In this document: piece after piece, positions 27,001 through 36,206 of the stretch
Layout of the letters: every line of letters begins with the position of its first letter
How positions within the stretch are numbered: the first letter of the stretch is position 1
Source: a virus
Lineage: Duplodnaviria > Caudoviricetes
DNA length: 56,971 nt
Strand: one strand, 5' to 3'
IMG/VR virus record: IMGVR_UViG_3300044630_000901
Location: 1-56,971 of that record
Program-made: the position numbers and the translations under genes
The notes under the pieces: model-generated
The model's input: the letters and a program-made list of their open reading frames with translations, nothing else
The model's database searches: none
Told to the model about the DNA's origin: nothing

Positions 27001-30000
27001 AATTTGCTCACTAAGGCAGATCAGGACAAGCTGGTCAACCAGATCAAATCTTGGGCCAAGAAAGCTGACGGCTCTTTGGAAGCTGAACTGGCACTGCAAG
27101 CCTTCGAGCGTGTTGTAGCTGCCCAGACTCCTAAAGAAGACCAGCGCTCAGAACTGATTGCGTATTTCATTGAGTCGGCCATGGAGATGGGTGTTGACCC
27201 AACTGCCGCTACCGATACCAAGCTGTCCGGCCCTCTGCGCGAATGGTTCCGTACGTTGTGGGCTGCATTTAAGGTGGCTGCTCGCAAGCTGGGCATTAAG
27301 CCAGAGTCCATGACAGCACAAGACGTTGTCAACTTGGCTTACGGCGCTGCTCGTTTGGAGATCAACGGCACATGGCACGGCACTGCTGCTGCGTTCCGTA
27401 ACTTCCGCAACAAATACATCGGCTCTGGTGAGGGTGCAACCGCTTATGGCTGGGGTACTTACTTGGCCCAGCGTGTTGGTATTGCCAAGGGATACTGGTC
27501 TGCTGACGTTGACAGAAAGACTGCCAATCCAACAGCTACGTACGACGGTCGCCCACTTAAAGACATTGATAGCGAGATCGGAGTCAAAGAGCAGTTCGGT
27601 CTTGACCTAAATGAAGAAGAGCAGGCGCTCAGACTTATCCTTCCAATCCTTAATGCGAATCTGGATAATGGCGACAATGATGCGCTGCGGTCTGCCAACA
27701 TGACAATTGCCAAACGCGGGTCTGGGGCGCTGACTGGGAAACTATACAAACCAGCCTCAGACTGGCTGGACAAGAACTATTCCAAGTTCAAAGTAGTGCC
27801 CGGCAAACAGCCAGAAGGCAACTTGATGCGTGTTGACACTGCCGTGGACGACGACCGTGTGTTTAACTACGACACGTTGGTCATTAAGCAGCCAAACTAT
27901 GTGGCCGACAAGCTCATGGAGCTGCTTGACCCTGTTGCTGACGAGATTCTGGATCGCACCAACAAAGACGTTGAAGAGCTGACTGGCAGAGACCTGATCG
28001 GCACTGGCGAGAACGACCTTGGGTTGCTCAGCAACCTCATCATGGATGACGCCATTTCTTTGCCAGCTGGCCAAGACAAGCAGTTCGATGAAGCTGTACG
28101 CCAAGGTAAATTCCACGAAGCGGCCAGCCACTTCTTGCGTGCATCTGGCATTCAAGGCATTAAGTTTTACGACGCCCGTAGTAGAGGCTCTGCTTCCACA
28201 GCAATCTCATTTGACGGTAAGACTTATAACCGGGACGAGCTGCGCGACAAATCACGTGAGGCTAGCCAAGCAAACGACGCCGCCAAGACAATGAAGTTTC
28301 TGATGCTGCGCGATATTCTGCGCAACGGCGTGGACGATGTGATGGCAAGCCTAGAGGAAAAAGTCTCTAAACAGGCCGACAGCTATGAGCAAATTTACCT
28401 TGATTCAGCTGCACGGTACAACGTTAAAGTAAACCCTGCCGAAGAGCGAGCACGTGCTGAAAAAGAAGCCAATGAGGATTTTGCTGGCCAACAGCTGGCA
28501 TGGCTCAAAGCCAATAAGAAACTCATCTCCATTGAGCAACTGCCAAAGCTGCGTAACTTAATCATCTTTGATGACAAGGACATCTTCCGTGTGGGTGGAG
28601 AAGCTGCTGCTGATCGCCAGCGCATGAAGTTTGGTAAGAACGCCCCGACGAAAGGGCTGATCGACCGCAACATTGCCAAGCTGCCAAAGCAGTCCCAACA
28701 GCCAGTCAAGCGCGTGGCTGAAGCTCTTGGTGATCTTGGCGGCAAGTACCTTGACTACGCCGTCTTTACAAACGATCTGGTCAAGCGTGCTCAGGCTCTG
28801 GGTCTGGGCGCTGCCAAGACTTTCTCCGACCGCCTTGCTGCACGCAACGCCAAGGTCAGTGAGGAAGAGCGCAAGATCGAAAAGATCGCTGATGGCTACG
28901 CTCTGATCGAGGACGCCAACAAAGGCTCCGGCCCCGGCTCGGTCAACGAGTTCTTGTTTGAGTCCACCCGCACAGGTAAGTGGGGCTATGGCAAGTACCG
29001 CGATGCCAAGATGGGTGCTGCGTTCGATGCGTTGGGCCCCAAGGCTCAGCAGTTCGTCAAAGACGTGTTTGCCCATGGCGATGCCATGCTGTCCAACAAG
29101 AAGCGCATTGTGCTGAACGCCACCAACTCTGAGTACGACGCCATGATTAAGGCAGCTCAGGACGATGGCGACACCCAGACAGAAGCTAAGCTCAAGGCCG
29201 AGAAAGCCGCTACGCTCAAGCGCTTCCAGACACTGTTCCGCATCCGTGAGGGTGTGCCCTACGCGCCAATCAAGCGTACTGGTGCCTATGTGGTGATCGG
29301 TGAGTCTGATGCGTACAAAGCTGCCAAGGCCAAGAACGACACAGCGACCGTCAAGAAGCTGGAGTCTGACCCAGACCACTACCATGTGTCGTTCGTGGAC
29401 ACCAAACTGCAAGCCCGTAACCTGAGCGACAAGCTGTCCGATCAGGGTGTGTTTGTTGAGCCGCAGATTGTCAAGCGCTCGGAGTCCTTTGACGAGGCTT
29501 TCAGTGGTGAGGCCATGCTGCCTGCCCTGACCAAGATGCGTGCCGCTGTGGACCGTCGTGCCCAAGACGCCAACGGCAAGAAAGACCCATCCGCTGGCAA
29601 GCTGCTGAACATCATCAACCAGTTGTACTTGGAGGCGTTGGCTGAGGGTAGTGCCCGCAAGTCTGAAATGCGTCGCCGTGGTGTGGCCGGTGAAGTGGAC
29701 ATGCTCCAGTCGTTTACCCAGCAAGGCCGTGCCGATGCCAACTTCTTGGCCAGCGTTGAGTATGAGCCGAAGATTCAGGATGCCTTGCAGCAGATGCGTA
29801 ACCAGTCCCGCACTGGCGACCGTGAGCGCAAGTCCGAAATCTTTGATGAGCTGACCCAGCGTTACGCTGACTCGTTGGAGCCAAAGAACAATCCGTTCAT
29901 CAACGGCCTGACCAACATGGCATCCAAGTTCTTCTTGGCTTCCAGCCCCGGCTACTACCTGCAGAACTTGACTCAGCCATTCATGATGTCCCTGCCTGCC

Positions 30001-31428
30001 ATGGCTGGTCGTCACGACTACACCAAAGCCGCTGCTGAGCTGGCCAAGGCGTACACCGAGCTGGGCCCACTGTTCAAAGACGTGAAGCTGTTCGACCAGC
30101 AGTTTGACTTCTCCAAGGTTCCAGCAGACGTGCGTGCCGCTATCAACGACTTGGTCAACCAAGGCAAGATCGACATTGGTCTGGCCACTGAGATCAACGA
30201 GTACAAGGTAGACGCCGATGGAAAACTCAGCCAGTTTGCACAGCGCCTGAACAAAGGCATGCGTATGGCCGTCCAGAAAGTGGAAGCTACCAACCGCTTG
30301 TCTACGGCCATTGCTGCGTACCGCTTGGAGTTTGAGCGGGCCAAGAACGACCCAAAGATTGCAGACCCTAAAGCTGCAGCCACGCAGTACGCTGCTGACA
30401 TTCTGACTGACACCCATGGTGACTACACCGCCTTCAACGCTCCTCGTGCGTTTAACACCCAGTGGGGCAAGGTGGCTTTGCAGTTCCGCAAGTTCCAGTT
30501 GATTCAGATCGCGTTCTATGCCAAGTTGTTCCGCGACTTAGGGCGGACACCCGAAGAGCGTGCTGTGGCAATGAAGACTCTGGCCTACTCGCTGAGCCAC
30601 ACTGCTGTGTTCGCTGGCATGATGGGCTTGCCCGGCTACGCTGCCATCTCTGCTATCTTGGGCTTCTTCGGTGACGAGGATGAGCCATACGACCTGACTG
30701 CTGAGATGCGCAAGGCGCTTGGCCCAGAGTGGGCTGACATGATTATGCGCGGAGCCCCCACCGTTGTTGGTATGGACTTGTCCGGCAAGATTGGCTCCGG
30801 CAACATGCTGTCCATCATGCCGTTTAGCGACGCTGACTTGACTACCACTTCAGGCCAAGCGGAAGCTGTCGGTACGTTCTTCGGTGGCGCTGCATTGGGT
30901 ATGACATCGCGTGTTGCCGACGGCCTGCTGCTCATGCTCAAAGGCGACTACTACAAGGGCCTCGAGCGCGTTATGCCAAAGGGCGTGTCTGACGCCCTCA
31001 AGGCTGGCCGACAAGGTGCCGAAGGTATGACCCGCCGCAACGGTGATGTGATCTTGCCTGACAACGATATTGGTGCAATCGACACAGTGCTGACTGCATT
31101 GGGTGTGCCAGCCGTGAAGCAGGCTGTTACCTACGAGCGTCAAAACCGTATGAACGACATCACCAAGAACTTCAGCGACCGCACCACGCGCATCAAGAAC
31201 GACTACGCCAAGGCTGTCCGTGAAAAAGACACTGAAGGCATGGCCGAAGCCCGAACTGCATGGACAAAACTGCAGCAGGCACGCCAACGTAACGGCCTCA
31301 AACCTCAGCCAGTGTCAACACTGCTGAAAGCCCCGCAGGAGCAGAAGGCTCGGGAGCAGCGCACCGTGGGCGGTGTGGCGTACCGCGAAGGCCAGAAGAA
31401 ACTGGCAGAATCAGTGGCTGAGAATTAA
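24013..31428 (+). CDS. Giant internal virion 'polyvalent' protein (metallopeptidase-like, ADP-ribosyltransferase-like and PLxRFG-like domains)
   Basis: 2471 aa; Gly-rich hydrophobic N-terminus, 'FMHEVGGHLG', 'WHGT...IGSGEG..AYGWGTY...GIQGIKFYD...NLIIFDD', 'YAPIKRTGAYVV'. Confidence 0.75.
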   Translation: MSRRLTDEEIAARYSQQYRVETPEAGLSELGGSAIDRLQAKAYGLVEPLGLSRDYRLAQEAEAERTSNRYYDTNQGAVGSYKNISGVGDVGRYAAELGVQSLPEIVPVVGAGLVGGPVAAFGVAGLSGIGEVMQAQREQSGRTDLTAIPLGLAYGGVEAATGIVGKLAGTGIRAERAAAVANRYLDNLGGFTGGAARTGAAAGRTGFSEAVGEVGQEYISNVGRLAIDPRVDLFSPEALNDYAESFVGGGLLGGLLGGAAGGWRRSQGFRDSTRERDLTSSMAEQEPELQRPLDSQFVTQDQTLGLQSFINQNVGVTRPKRRDYAAQFKAAYDEPTGQFVNDPETGIERPLTVGEALQRSQAPLDMTQEKPADAAATAQVVANTVRDPRSYELRDTFGVIPTPSSLQLYSDIQASGLPVDSDMLVGVWAYAGEKPMTPKRLEKAQQLLDAAIIEARKEAPSGTGISTVQQPAGSVGVGSPVVQGGLGDAGRPAPVAGAVVGGAPAAGAPLQQAGVLPITAGEPATPVTTTAPAAAPAPETRFRRAPRPMTVLEAANAAKAAQAQQTETQGQTAPAAAGPVVDERQAVLQQIFGTRDGDIIFDVVGMGMSEPEAAAKYGLARQTIQKIAGATGAEQRAAKIQRAKAQKGITDEQIATAFQVAPQEELGSEVERDIFGAGAAQGAITEGEAIEAGLENIVKTAGAGTSEVEGFTKLDKAVMTVLERIASLRDAVSKAKSEAELTGLKTKLQEAQDNLAGLTEKVKSVEKKAQGEVRRTAGKVTEPTVEGEADAVQVESPAGVSVQPEAGTGEKVGRQVRGAKKPAAEGKAQVPAKVLTEAEQAAQAWDVVVADYPQAPKFAELTKAQQQDFIEFGPGNWERGDVELELTKLAKAGMKFGTEAAPAQDREPYTAKQLLAELKAFIRADIPKRKLMVVGSVADLLTSPDAKIRAVGAALQLQGAYGVAVDGRAFLIANRIKQGSGRAKFMHEVGGHLGLDNLLTKADQDKLVNQIKSWAKKADGSLEAELALQAFERVVAAQTPKEDQRSELIAYFIESAMEMGVDPTAATDTKLSGPLREWFRTLWAAFKVAARKLGIKPESMTAQDVVNLAYGAARLEINGTWHGTAAAFRNFRNKYIGSGEGATAYGWGTYLAQRVGIAKGYWSADVDRKTANPTATYDGRPLKDIDSEIGVKEQFGLDLNEEEQALRLILPILNANLDNGDNDALRSANMTIAKRGSGALTGKLYKPASDWLDKNYSKFKVVPGKQPEGNLMRVDTAVDDDRVFNYDTLVIKQPNYVADKLMELLDPVADEILDRTNKDVEELTGRDLIGTGENDLGLLSNLIMDDAISLPAGQDKQFDEAVRQGKFHEAASHFLRASGIQGIKFYDARSRGSASTAISFDGKTYNRDELRDKSREASQANDAAKTMKFLMLRDILRNGVDDVMASLEEKVSKQADSYEQIYLDSAARYNVKVNPAEERARAEKEANEDFAGQQLAWLKANKKLISIEQLPKLRNLIIFDDKDIFRVGGEAAADRQRMKFGKNAPTKGLIDRNIAKLPKQSQQPVKRVAEALGDLGGKYLDYAVFTNDLVKRAQALGLGAAKTFSDRLAARNAKVSEEERKIEKIADGYALIEDANKGSGPGSVNEFLFESTRTGKWGYGKYRDAKMGAAFDALGPKAQQFVKDVFAHGDAMLSNKKRIVLNATNSEYDAMIKAAQDDGDTQTEAKLKAEKAATLKRFQTLFRIREGVPYAPIKRTGAYVVIGESDAYKAAKAKNDTATVKKLESDPDHYHVSFVDTKLQARNLSDKLSDQGVFVEPQIVKRSESFDEAFSGEAMLPALTKMRAAVDRRAQDANGKKDPSAGKLLNIINQLYLEALAEGSARKSEMRRRGVAGEVDMLQSFTQQGRADANFLASVEYEPKIQDALQQMRNQSRTGDRERKSEIFDELTQRYADSLEPKNNPFINGLTNMASKFFLASSPGYYLQNLTQPFMMSLPAMAGRHDYTKAAAELAKAYTELGPLFKDVKLFDQQFDFSKVPADVRAAINDLVNQGKIDIGLATEINEYKVDADGKLSQFAQRLNKGMRMAVQKVEATNRLSTAIAAYRLEFERAKNDPKIADPKAAATQYAADILTDTHGDYTAFNAPRAFNTQWGKVALQFRKFQLIQIAFYAKLFRDLGRTPEERAVAMKTLAYSLSHTAVFAGMMGLPGYAAISAILGFFGDEDEPYDLTAEMRKALGPEWADMIMRGAPTVVGMDLSGKIGSGNMLSIMPFSDADLTTTSGQAEAVGTFFGGAALGMTSRVADGLLLMLKGDYYKGLERVMPKGVSDALKAGRQGAEGMTRRNGDVILPDNDIGAIDTVLTALGVPAVKQAVTYERQNRMNDITKNFSDRTTRIKNDYAKAVREKDTEGMAEARTAWTKLQQARQRNGLKPQPVSTLLKAPQEQKAREQRTVGGVAYREGQKKLAESVAEN
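25394..25594 (+). CDS. Overprinted gene (+1 frame) inside the giant gene; 66-aa acidic protein
   Basis: AAGGAGG (25381-25387), 6 nt, GTG start; the host frame turns into low-complexity G/A/P/V sequence here. Confidence 0.6.
   Translation: MAQEFLLYSSLQEAWESGALSFKEVWEMQDALLLSQEQWSEVPQQLEPHFNKLAFFQSLPENRLPL
26381..26554 (+). CDS. Overprinted gene (+1 frame) inside the giant gene; 57-aa basic protein MPFKSKAQ...
   Basis: AAGGAG SD, 6 nt, ATG; MPFKSKAQQGYLFSQKPELAKKW resembles small phage proteins I recall as stand-alone genes. Confidence 0.7.
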   Translation: MPFKSKAQQGYLFSQKPELAKKWADKYGVPKSLPQKVKPKSQPKSSPKPSKPPKRGM

Positions 31429-31439
31429 GGAGCACCCAG

Positions 31440-31694
31440 ATGGCAAAGACACCAGCATGGCAACGCAAAGAAGGCAAAGACCCCAAGGGGGGTCTTAACG
31501 CCAAGGGGCGTGCGTCTTACAACAAAGCTAACCCCGGCAAGCCGGGGCTCAAGGCTCCTCAACCAGAGGGTGGCCCACGACGCGACTCATTTTGTTCTCG
31601 GATGGAGGGCATGAAGGAGAAGCTGACCAGTGCAAAAACTGCCAAAGACCCCAACAGTCGAATCAACAAGAGCCTGCGTGCTTGGAAATGCTAA
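31440..31694 (+). CDS. Small basic phage protein (DUF6321-like)
   Basis: 'AWQRKEGK..KGGLNAKGRASY...RRDSFCSRM...DPNSRINKSLRAWKC'. Confidence 0.75.
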   Translation: MAKTPAWQRKEGKDPKGGLNAKGRASYNKANPGKPGLKAPQPEGGPRRDSFCSRMEGMKEKLTSAKTAKDPNSRINKSLRAWKC

Positions 31695-31706
31695 CCGGAG
31701 AACACC

Positions 31707-31850
31707 ATGATGTATGGAAAAATGATGATGGCCAAGGCCCCAGCAAAAGCTGGTAAGAAAGCTGCTCCTTTCAAGCCATGTGCCAAGTGTCCCAACCCAG
31801 CCAAATGCGCCAAGATGGGCGCTTGTATGGCCAAAGCCAAGGCGAAATAA
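31707..31850 (+). CDS. 47-aa Lys/Ala/Met-rich peptide with four Cys (not in ORF track)
   Basis: GGAG SD; MMYGKMMMAKAPAKAGKKAAPFKPCAKCPNPAKCAKMGACMAKAKAK. Confidence 0.65.
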   Translation: MMYGKMMMAKAPAKAGKKAAPFKPCAKCPNPAKCAKMGACMAKAKAK

Positions 31851-31851
31851 C

Positions 31852-32013
31852 ATGATGAACGGCAAGAAAAGTGCTGCCTACGAGAAGCTCGACAAGCAAG
31901 AAGAGAAGATCGAAGACCGCAAAAAGAAAATCAAGGCTGTCGAAATGGAGAAGATGATCCGTGGGATTGTCCGCTCTGAGATGGCTAAAGGTTCAAAGCC
32001 TAAGTCCAAGTGA
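31852..32013 (+). CDS. Small charged hypothetical protein
   Basis: MMNGKKSAAYEKLDK..., starts 1 nt after the upstream stop. Confidence 0.6.
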   Translation: MMNGKKSAAYEKLDKQEEKIEDRKKKIKAVEMEKMIRGIVRSEMAKGSKPKSK

Positions 32014-32016
32014 CGT

Positions 32017-32047
32017 AAAAAAACCCCCGGGCCTTTCGACTCGGGGG
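32017..32047 (-). terminator. Intrinsic terminator at the convergence of the two arms
   Basis: A7 tract followed by CCCCCGGG...CTCGGGGG hairpin (U-tail on the - strand). Confidence 0.7.
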
Positions 32048-32095
32048 CTAAAGTTCCTCAACACAAAGGAGCTGACATGACAATCAGCGGGGGAA

Positions 32096-35000
32096 TCATA
32101 CCTCGTTGACTGCGTCACCGTCAAACTGGTTGCTGACCAAGGACAACACTGGAGTTGTCGATTCAGCGTTAAGACGTCGTGTGTCAATCACAATGCAGCG
32201 TGTCTGCTGCGACGTGCAGTCCGTGCCACGGGTGATGACAAACTTCTCGCCTTGAGATATGAGGGCACCATCGTCCTTGAGGCTGGCCACCATCGAGTGA
32301 TAGTCCATGCGGTTGGCCATGCACCAGTCGCGCACTTCCTTCTGAGACAAGATCAAGCGACCGGCCAGCTCTTTGTTGTTGACCGTGCCGAGGATGTAGC
32401 GTCCAGCGATTGGGCCATTGACTCGGTTGCGCGGGGTCTCAGGACCACGACCGTCACGGCTGTCACGGCACTCGGTGGTTACGATGATGCGTTGGCTGAG
32501 CATGCCGACCATGCGCTGGAACCCGTCCTCAGAAGACACGGTGTTGTTCTCGTTGACAGACTCGGCCAGCTCGCGCAGCAGGTTCACGGTGAACTTGTAC
32601 AGCTCCTTGATGTCAAACTGGACAATGCCCAGCTTCTTGGCGATCTTGGCAATCACGATGGTGCAGGCACTGTGGGCACGGTAGAAACGGAACTTGGGGT
32701 TGGACAGCACCTCAGTGAACTTGCCCAGCATGGTCTGCATGTCACGGTACACCTCGGCTTCGTTGGCCAGAATGTACTTGACCATGGCGGCTCCCGCATG
32801 GCCGGAGTTGGCAGTCATCTTCTTGATGTTCTCAGCGGCCACCATGGCTGAAGCAGACCTCCAAGCGTCCTCACCGTCATCAGTCTCAGGGTAGTCGGCC
32901 CGGTTCACCAGCATCAGAGAGTCGTAGCGGTCCACGTTCAGCTGAATCAGGCGCACGGCTTCGGCCTGCGAGTTGGCTTGGTTAGCGGCCAGCAGTCCGT
33001 AGAAGTCACGGTTGCCAGTCACGTACACGTTGAGACGCCACTCGGACGACTTGGCGAACACCACACCGCCGCCCTTGGAAGTCAGTCGAACCTTGTCTTG
33101 GCCGTTGGACACGCCGTAGGCCACGTCACTGAACACACCAGCTTCCATGTTGGTCAGCTCATCAGCCAGCACCGGGATGTTGTTGTACACACCCAGCGTA
33201 GCCCACAGAGCGTTGGTGGTGAAGCCTTCCTTGGAGTTCAGGGTCATCTTCTCAGGGTTGCCGAACGCAGCCAGCGCAGCGTGACAGGCAGTGGTCTTGC
33301 CGCGACCAGACTTGCCGCCTTGCAGAGCCAGAATCAGACCCTTGTACAGGTCTTCGCAGTGGTGCGATACCAGTGAACCCCAGCCAGCGCAGATGGCGTA
33401 CTGCCAGTGGACAGCCTCGGGGCGGTTGTACATGAAGTTCAGGGCTTCGGCGTAGCCTTCCAAGCTGCCACGGCTGTTCTTGAACGTAGCGGCACGCTCC
33501 TTGGCGTTGCCGCCGACCAGCACTTTGCGCTCGCTGCCGTCTTCCAAATACAGGGTCTCACCAATCAGGAACGACTTGTGGTCATCCTTCCAGCCAAAGG
33601 CCGTCATGGTGTTGGTCTCGGTGATGCTGCGCTTTAGTGACTGCAGCTGGTCCAGCAGGTATGCCGCCATGTGCTCTCCAGCGTTTTTGTGATTGCTCTT
33701 TGTGAGCTCGTACCGGGCCATGGCCCTGAGCAGATCGGTGGGTGACGCCACTGACTCGCCTGAAATCTCAAAGTCACGGATGCGCTTGTCGGGTAGATGC
33801 AACCGGATGCCATAACGGAACGTGCCGTCTTCGCCACGGATGCGGGTTGTTGGGTAGAACAGGTTCTCGCAGAACGGGAAAATCTGCAGCACGCCCTCTT
33901 TGTCAGGTATGAGGCGGCTCAGCAAACCGGAGTCCCACTGGTAGCCACGTGGGAGCGCTGGCACAGTCGCTTGCTCCTCAACACCTTCCTCAGTAACAGT
34001 CTCTTCGACCGTCGCTTCTGGCTCGGGCATTACTCGGCCAAGCTGGAGAGGTGTAGTGATCTTGCCCTTGAACGTGCAGCCGTTGCAGCCGTCAGGGTTG
34101 CAGCCTTGGAAGGACTCGCAGGTTGTCGGGCCAGCGTTCCATGAGTCGTACTTGACGTCCCAGTCGAGGCTGGTGTGGCCAGAGTCTTCCCGGTTGGAAG
34201 TCCATGACTGAGCCAGCTCCCGTCCGTCCTCACAGAAAGTCAGCAGCCCGATAACGCGCCGCCAGACTTCATACTCCACGTCACCCATGGTGTCGCGCAT
34301 GGCACCAACTTGCTGGCACTTGCTGGCCATCTCGTCGGCGCTGACTGGAACGTCTGGGTATTGTGTCAGGTGGGCGGTCAGGTCCGAATTAAGGTCAGTC
34401 GGCTGATACTGTTTCTTGGGCGTCTCTTTGATCGGCTTGACGCCGTTCTCTTTGGCGTAGGCAAACAGCGTTACCGCGAACTCTTTGGGGTCAATAGCTT
34501 CACATGCGGCCAGCAGCTTAACTGTCTTGGCGTCGCCGTTCTTGCGGTTGGTCGAACCTACGGGGCGCAGGATGGAGCTGAAGTCAGCCGTACGCGTTGG
34601 GTCAGCGATGACCTTGGCGTGAGCCAGCGTAGCCTTGAGGACCGTAGCCACCTTGCGCCACAGCTCGTGGCCAATCTCATGTGTCAGGGGCCAGTAGGCA
34701 TGCACACCGTTGCCGGAATCAACCAGCATGGGGCGTGGGATACCAACGTCCTTGGCGAACTTGGCCATGGCCACACAAGCGTCTTTCTTGGTCAGGTAGC
34801 CCTGCCCCTTGTCGAACTTGTCTTGGCCGCAGTCTACGTCCACCCAAAACGCCTTGGCTTTGTCCCAGTTCTCAGGGATGCGGTACTTGCGTTTGGGGTT
34901 GCCCTTGACGTCGAGCTCTTCCAACTCGATCACGGCTTTTTGGTAGGACGCGCACGCATGGTACACCGACAGCTGCTTGCTGCCAGCCATACCCTCAATG

Positions 35001-35128
35001 GCTTCGGCCATTGACTCAAGATCAGTGTAGACCTTGTGAGCCGGGAATTTGTAGCCCTCTTTGAACAGGGCTAGGTAATGTATGCCGAACTCCGGCAGTA
35101 TTGTTTTGAGGAACTCAAGGGTGTTCAT
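32096..35128 (-). CDS. Primase-helicase fusion (AEP/RepB-like primase + DUF927 helicase)
   Basis: 'FWVDVD', 'DSGNGVHAYW', Cys cluster 'CESF..CNPDGCNGC', Walker A 'GKSGRGKT', Walker B 'VLADE'. Confidence 0.85.
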   Translation of the reverse strand: MNTLEFLKTILPEFGIHYLALFKEGYKFPAHKVYTDLESMAEAIEGMAGSKQLSVYHACASYQKAVIELEELDVKGNPKRKYRIPENWDKAKAFWVDVDCGQDKFDKGQGYLTKKDACVAMAKFAKDVGIPRPMLVDSGNGVHAYWPLTHEIGHELWRKVATVLKATLAHAKVIADPTRTADFSSILRPVGSTNRKNGDAKTVKLLAACEAIDPKEFAVTLFAYAKENGVKPIKETPKKQYQPTDLNSDLTAHLTQYPDVPVSADEMASKCQQVGAMRDTMGDVEYEVWRRVIGLLTFCEDGRELAQSWTSNREDSGHTSLDWDVKYDSWNAGPTTCESFQGCNPDGCNGCTFKGKITTPLQLGRVMPEPEATVEETVTEEGVEEQATVPALPRGYQWDSGLLSRLIPDKEGVLQIFPFCENLFYPTTRIRGEDGTFRYGIRLHLPDKRIRDFEISGESVASPTDLLRAMARYELTKSNHKNAGEHMAAYLLDQLQSLKRSITETNTMTAFGWKDDHKSFLIGETLYLEDGSERKVLVGGNAKERAATFKNSRGSLEGYAEALNFMYNRPEAVHWQYAICAGWGSLVSHHCEDLYKGLILALQGGKSGRGKTTACHAALAAFGNPEKMTLNSKEGFTTNALWATLGVYNNIPVLADELTNMEAGVFSDVAYGVSNGQDKVRLTSKGGGVVFAKSSEWRLNVYVTGNRDFYGLLAANQANSQAEAVRLIQLNVDRYDSLMLVNRADYPETDDGEDAWRSASAMVAAENIKKMTANSGHAGAAMVKYILANEAEVYRDMQTMLGKFTEVLSNPKFRFYRAHSACTIVIAKIAKKLGIVQFDIKELYKFTVNLLRELAESVNENNTVSSEDGFQRMVGMLSQRIIVTTECRDSRDGRGPETPRNRVNGPIAGRYILGTVNNKELAGRLILSQKEVRDWCMANRMDYHSMVASLKDDGALISQGEKFVITRGTDCTSQQTRCIVIDTRRLNAESTTPVLSLVSNQFDGDAVNEV

Positions 35129-35177
35129 GCGTCACCCACTGTTGTTTTTCTGCAACTCATAGCCACTCCAGAAAGCG

Positions 35178-35198
35178 AAAAAGCCCGCTGACGGGCTT
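35178..35198 (-). terminator. Putative terminator after gene 35247-36179
   Basis: AAGCCCG-CTGA-CGGGCTT preceded by an A-run. Confidence 0.55.
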
Positions 35199-35246
35199 GG
35201 AAGAGTAGGGCCAGTGTACTTCAACGTCACTGGCCCCACAAGTTGC

Positions 35247-36179
35247 TTAGTCGTCGAAACTGATACCGTCGAGGTCGAGGTCCATGTCATCGTCAACTGG
35301 AGCTGGCTTAGGAGCTGGCTTGGCAGCAGCTTTGGGCTTGGCCACCGGAGCGGGGGCTTCCTCTTCCTCAACTACCGGCTTAGCTTTGGGCTTGGCCACA
35401 GGAGCTGGGGCTTCCTCTTCCTCAGCGGCAGCAGGAGCTTCAGCAGCAATAGCGGCAGCCACGGACGAACCGAGGATGTTGGATACCACGTCAGACGCAG
35501 CGATCTCTTGGACTTCAGCAAAGCCGTCGTCGTCCAGCAGGCCCACAGCGGAGAAGGTCAGCTTGGGAGATTCAGCTTGCAAGTCAAAGCCAACCTTGGT
35601 GACAACCATGTTGTAGCCAACACCGCGCTTGGCCAACATCTGACCGTACTCGCCCAGAGCCTTGATAGACGCTGGAGGAACGCGCAGCAGCATGGCGTCA
35701 TTGATCTGACCGGCAGGAGCCACGGCCATACGGACGGCGTCGGCGCAAGCCTTGCCCTTGGTAGCACCCTTCTCTGAGACACGCGAGCCCCACTGGTTGT
35801 GTGGGCAGGTAGCGCACTTCTTGGCCTGCTTGTTCTGAGCGTCCGCAGCTGGCTCAACGCCGTCGTTGGAGTAGCAGTCAGGCTTCTGGCCTTCGCTGGA
35901 GTCCTTGTCGTAGCCCTTGATGTAGAAAACCTTGCTGGTGCCCTTGTTGGCCTTGAGCAACACCACGTTCAGGCTGGTAGCAGCGCTGTCTGGGTCTTTG
36001 GGGTTCATCTGGATTTCGCGCTCGCCGTCGCGGACGACTGCAAACACTTTGCCCTTGATGGAGATGACAGGGAAGCCACCACCAGCGTGAGCGGTCAGAT
36101 CGGAGTTGAGCGCAGCGATGTCAACTTTTTTGAGGAATGAAGGCAGGTTGCTGCCAGAGTCGAATGGAATGATGTTCAT
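35247..36179 (-). CDS. Putative ssDNA-binding protein
   Basis: Cys motif 'C.S.DG..P...CATCP.NQWGS...KAC', A/P/E linker, acidic-aromatic tail 'DLDGISFDD'; in the replication module. Confidence 0.55.
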   Translation of the reverse strand: MNIIPFDSGSNLPSFLKKVDIAALNSDLTAHAGGGFPVISIKGKVFAVVRDGEREIQMNPKDPDSAATSLNVVLLKANKGTSKVFYIKGYDKDSSEGQKPDCYSNDGVEPAADAQNKQAKKCATCPHNQWGSRVSEKGATKGKACADAVRMAVAPAGQINDAMLLRVPPASIKALGEYGQMLAKRGVGYNMVVTKVGFDLQAESPKLTFSAVGLLDDDGFAEVQEIAASDVVSNILGSSVAAAIAAEAPAAAEEEEAPAPVAKPKAKPVVEEEEAPAPVAKPKAAAKPAPKPAPVDDDMDLDLDGISFDD

Positions 36180-36206
36180 GGTTTTCTCTGTGAAGGGAGG
36201 AGGAGT

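Noticed and set aside
28558-30417. 619-aa antisense ORF in the giant gene
   Set aside because: Antisense shadow with no recognisable motifs, unlike the two sense +1-frame nested ORFs.
35330-35425. Duplicated EEEEAPAPVAKPKA segment
   Set aside because: An ordinary low-complexity linker duplication in the SSB-like protein.
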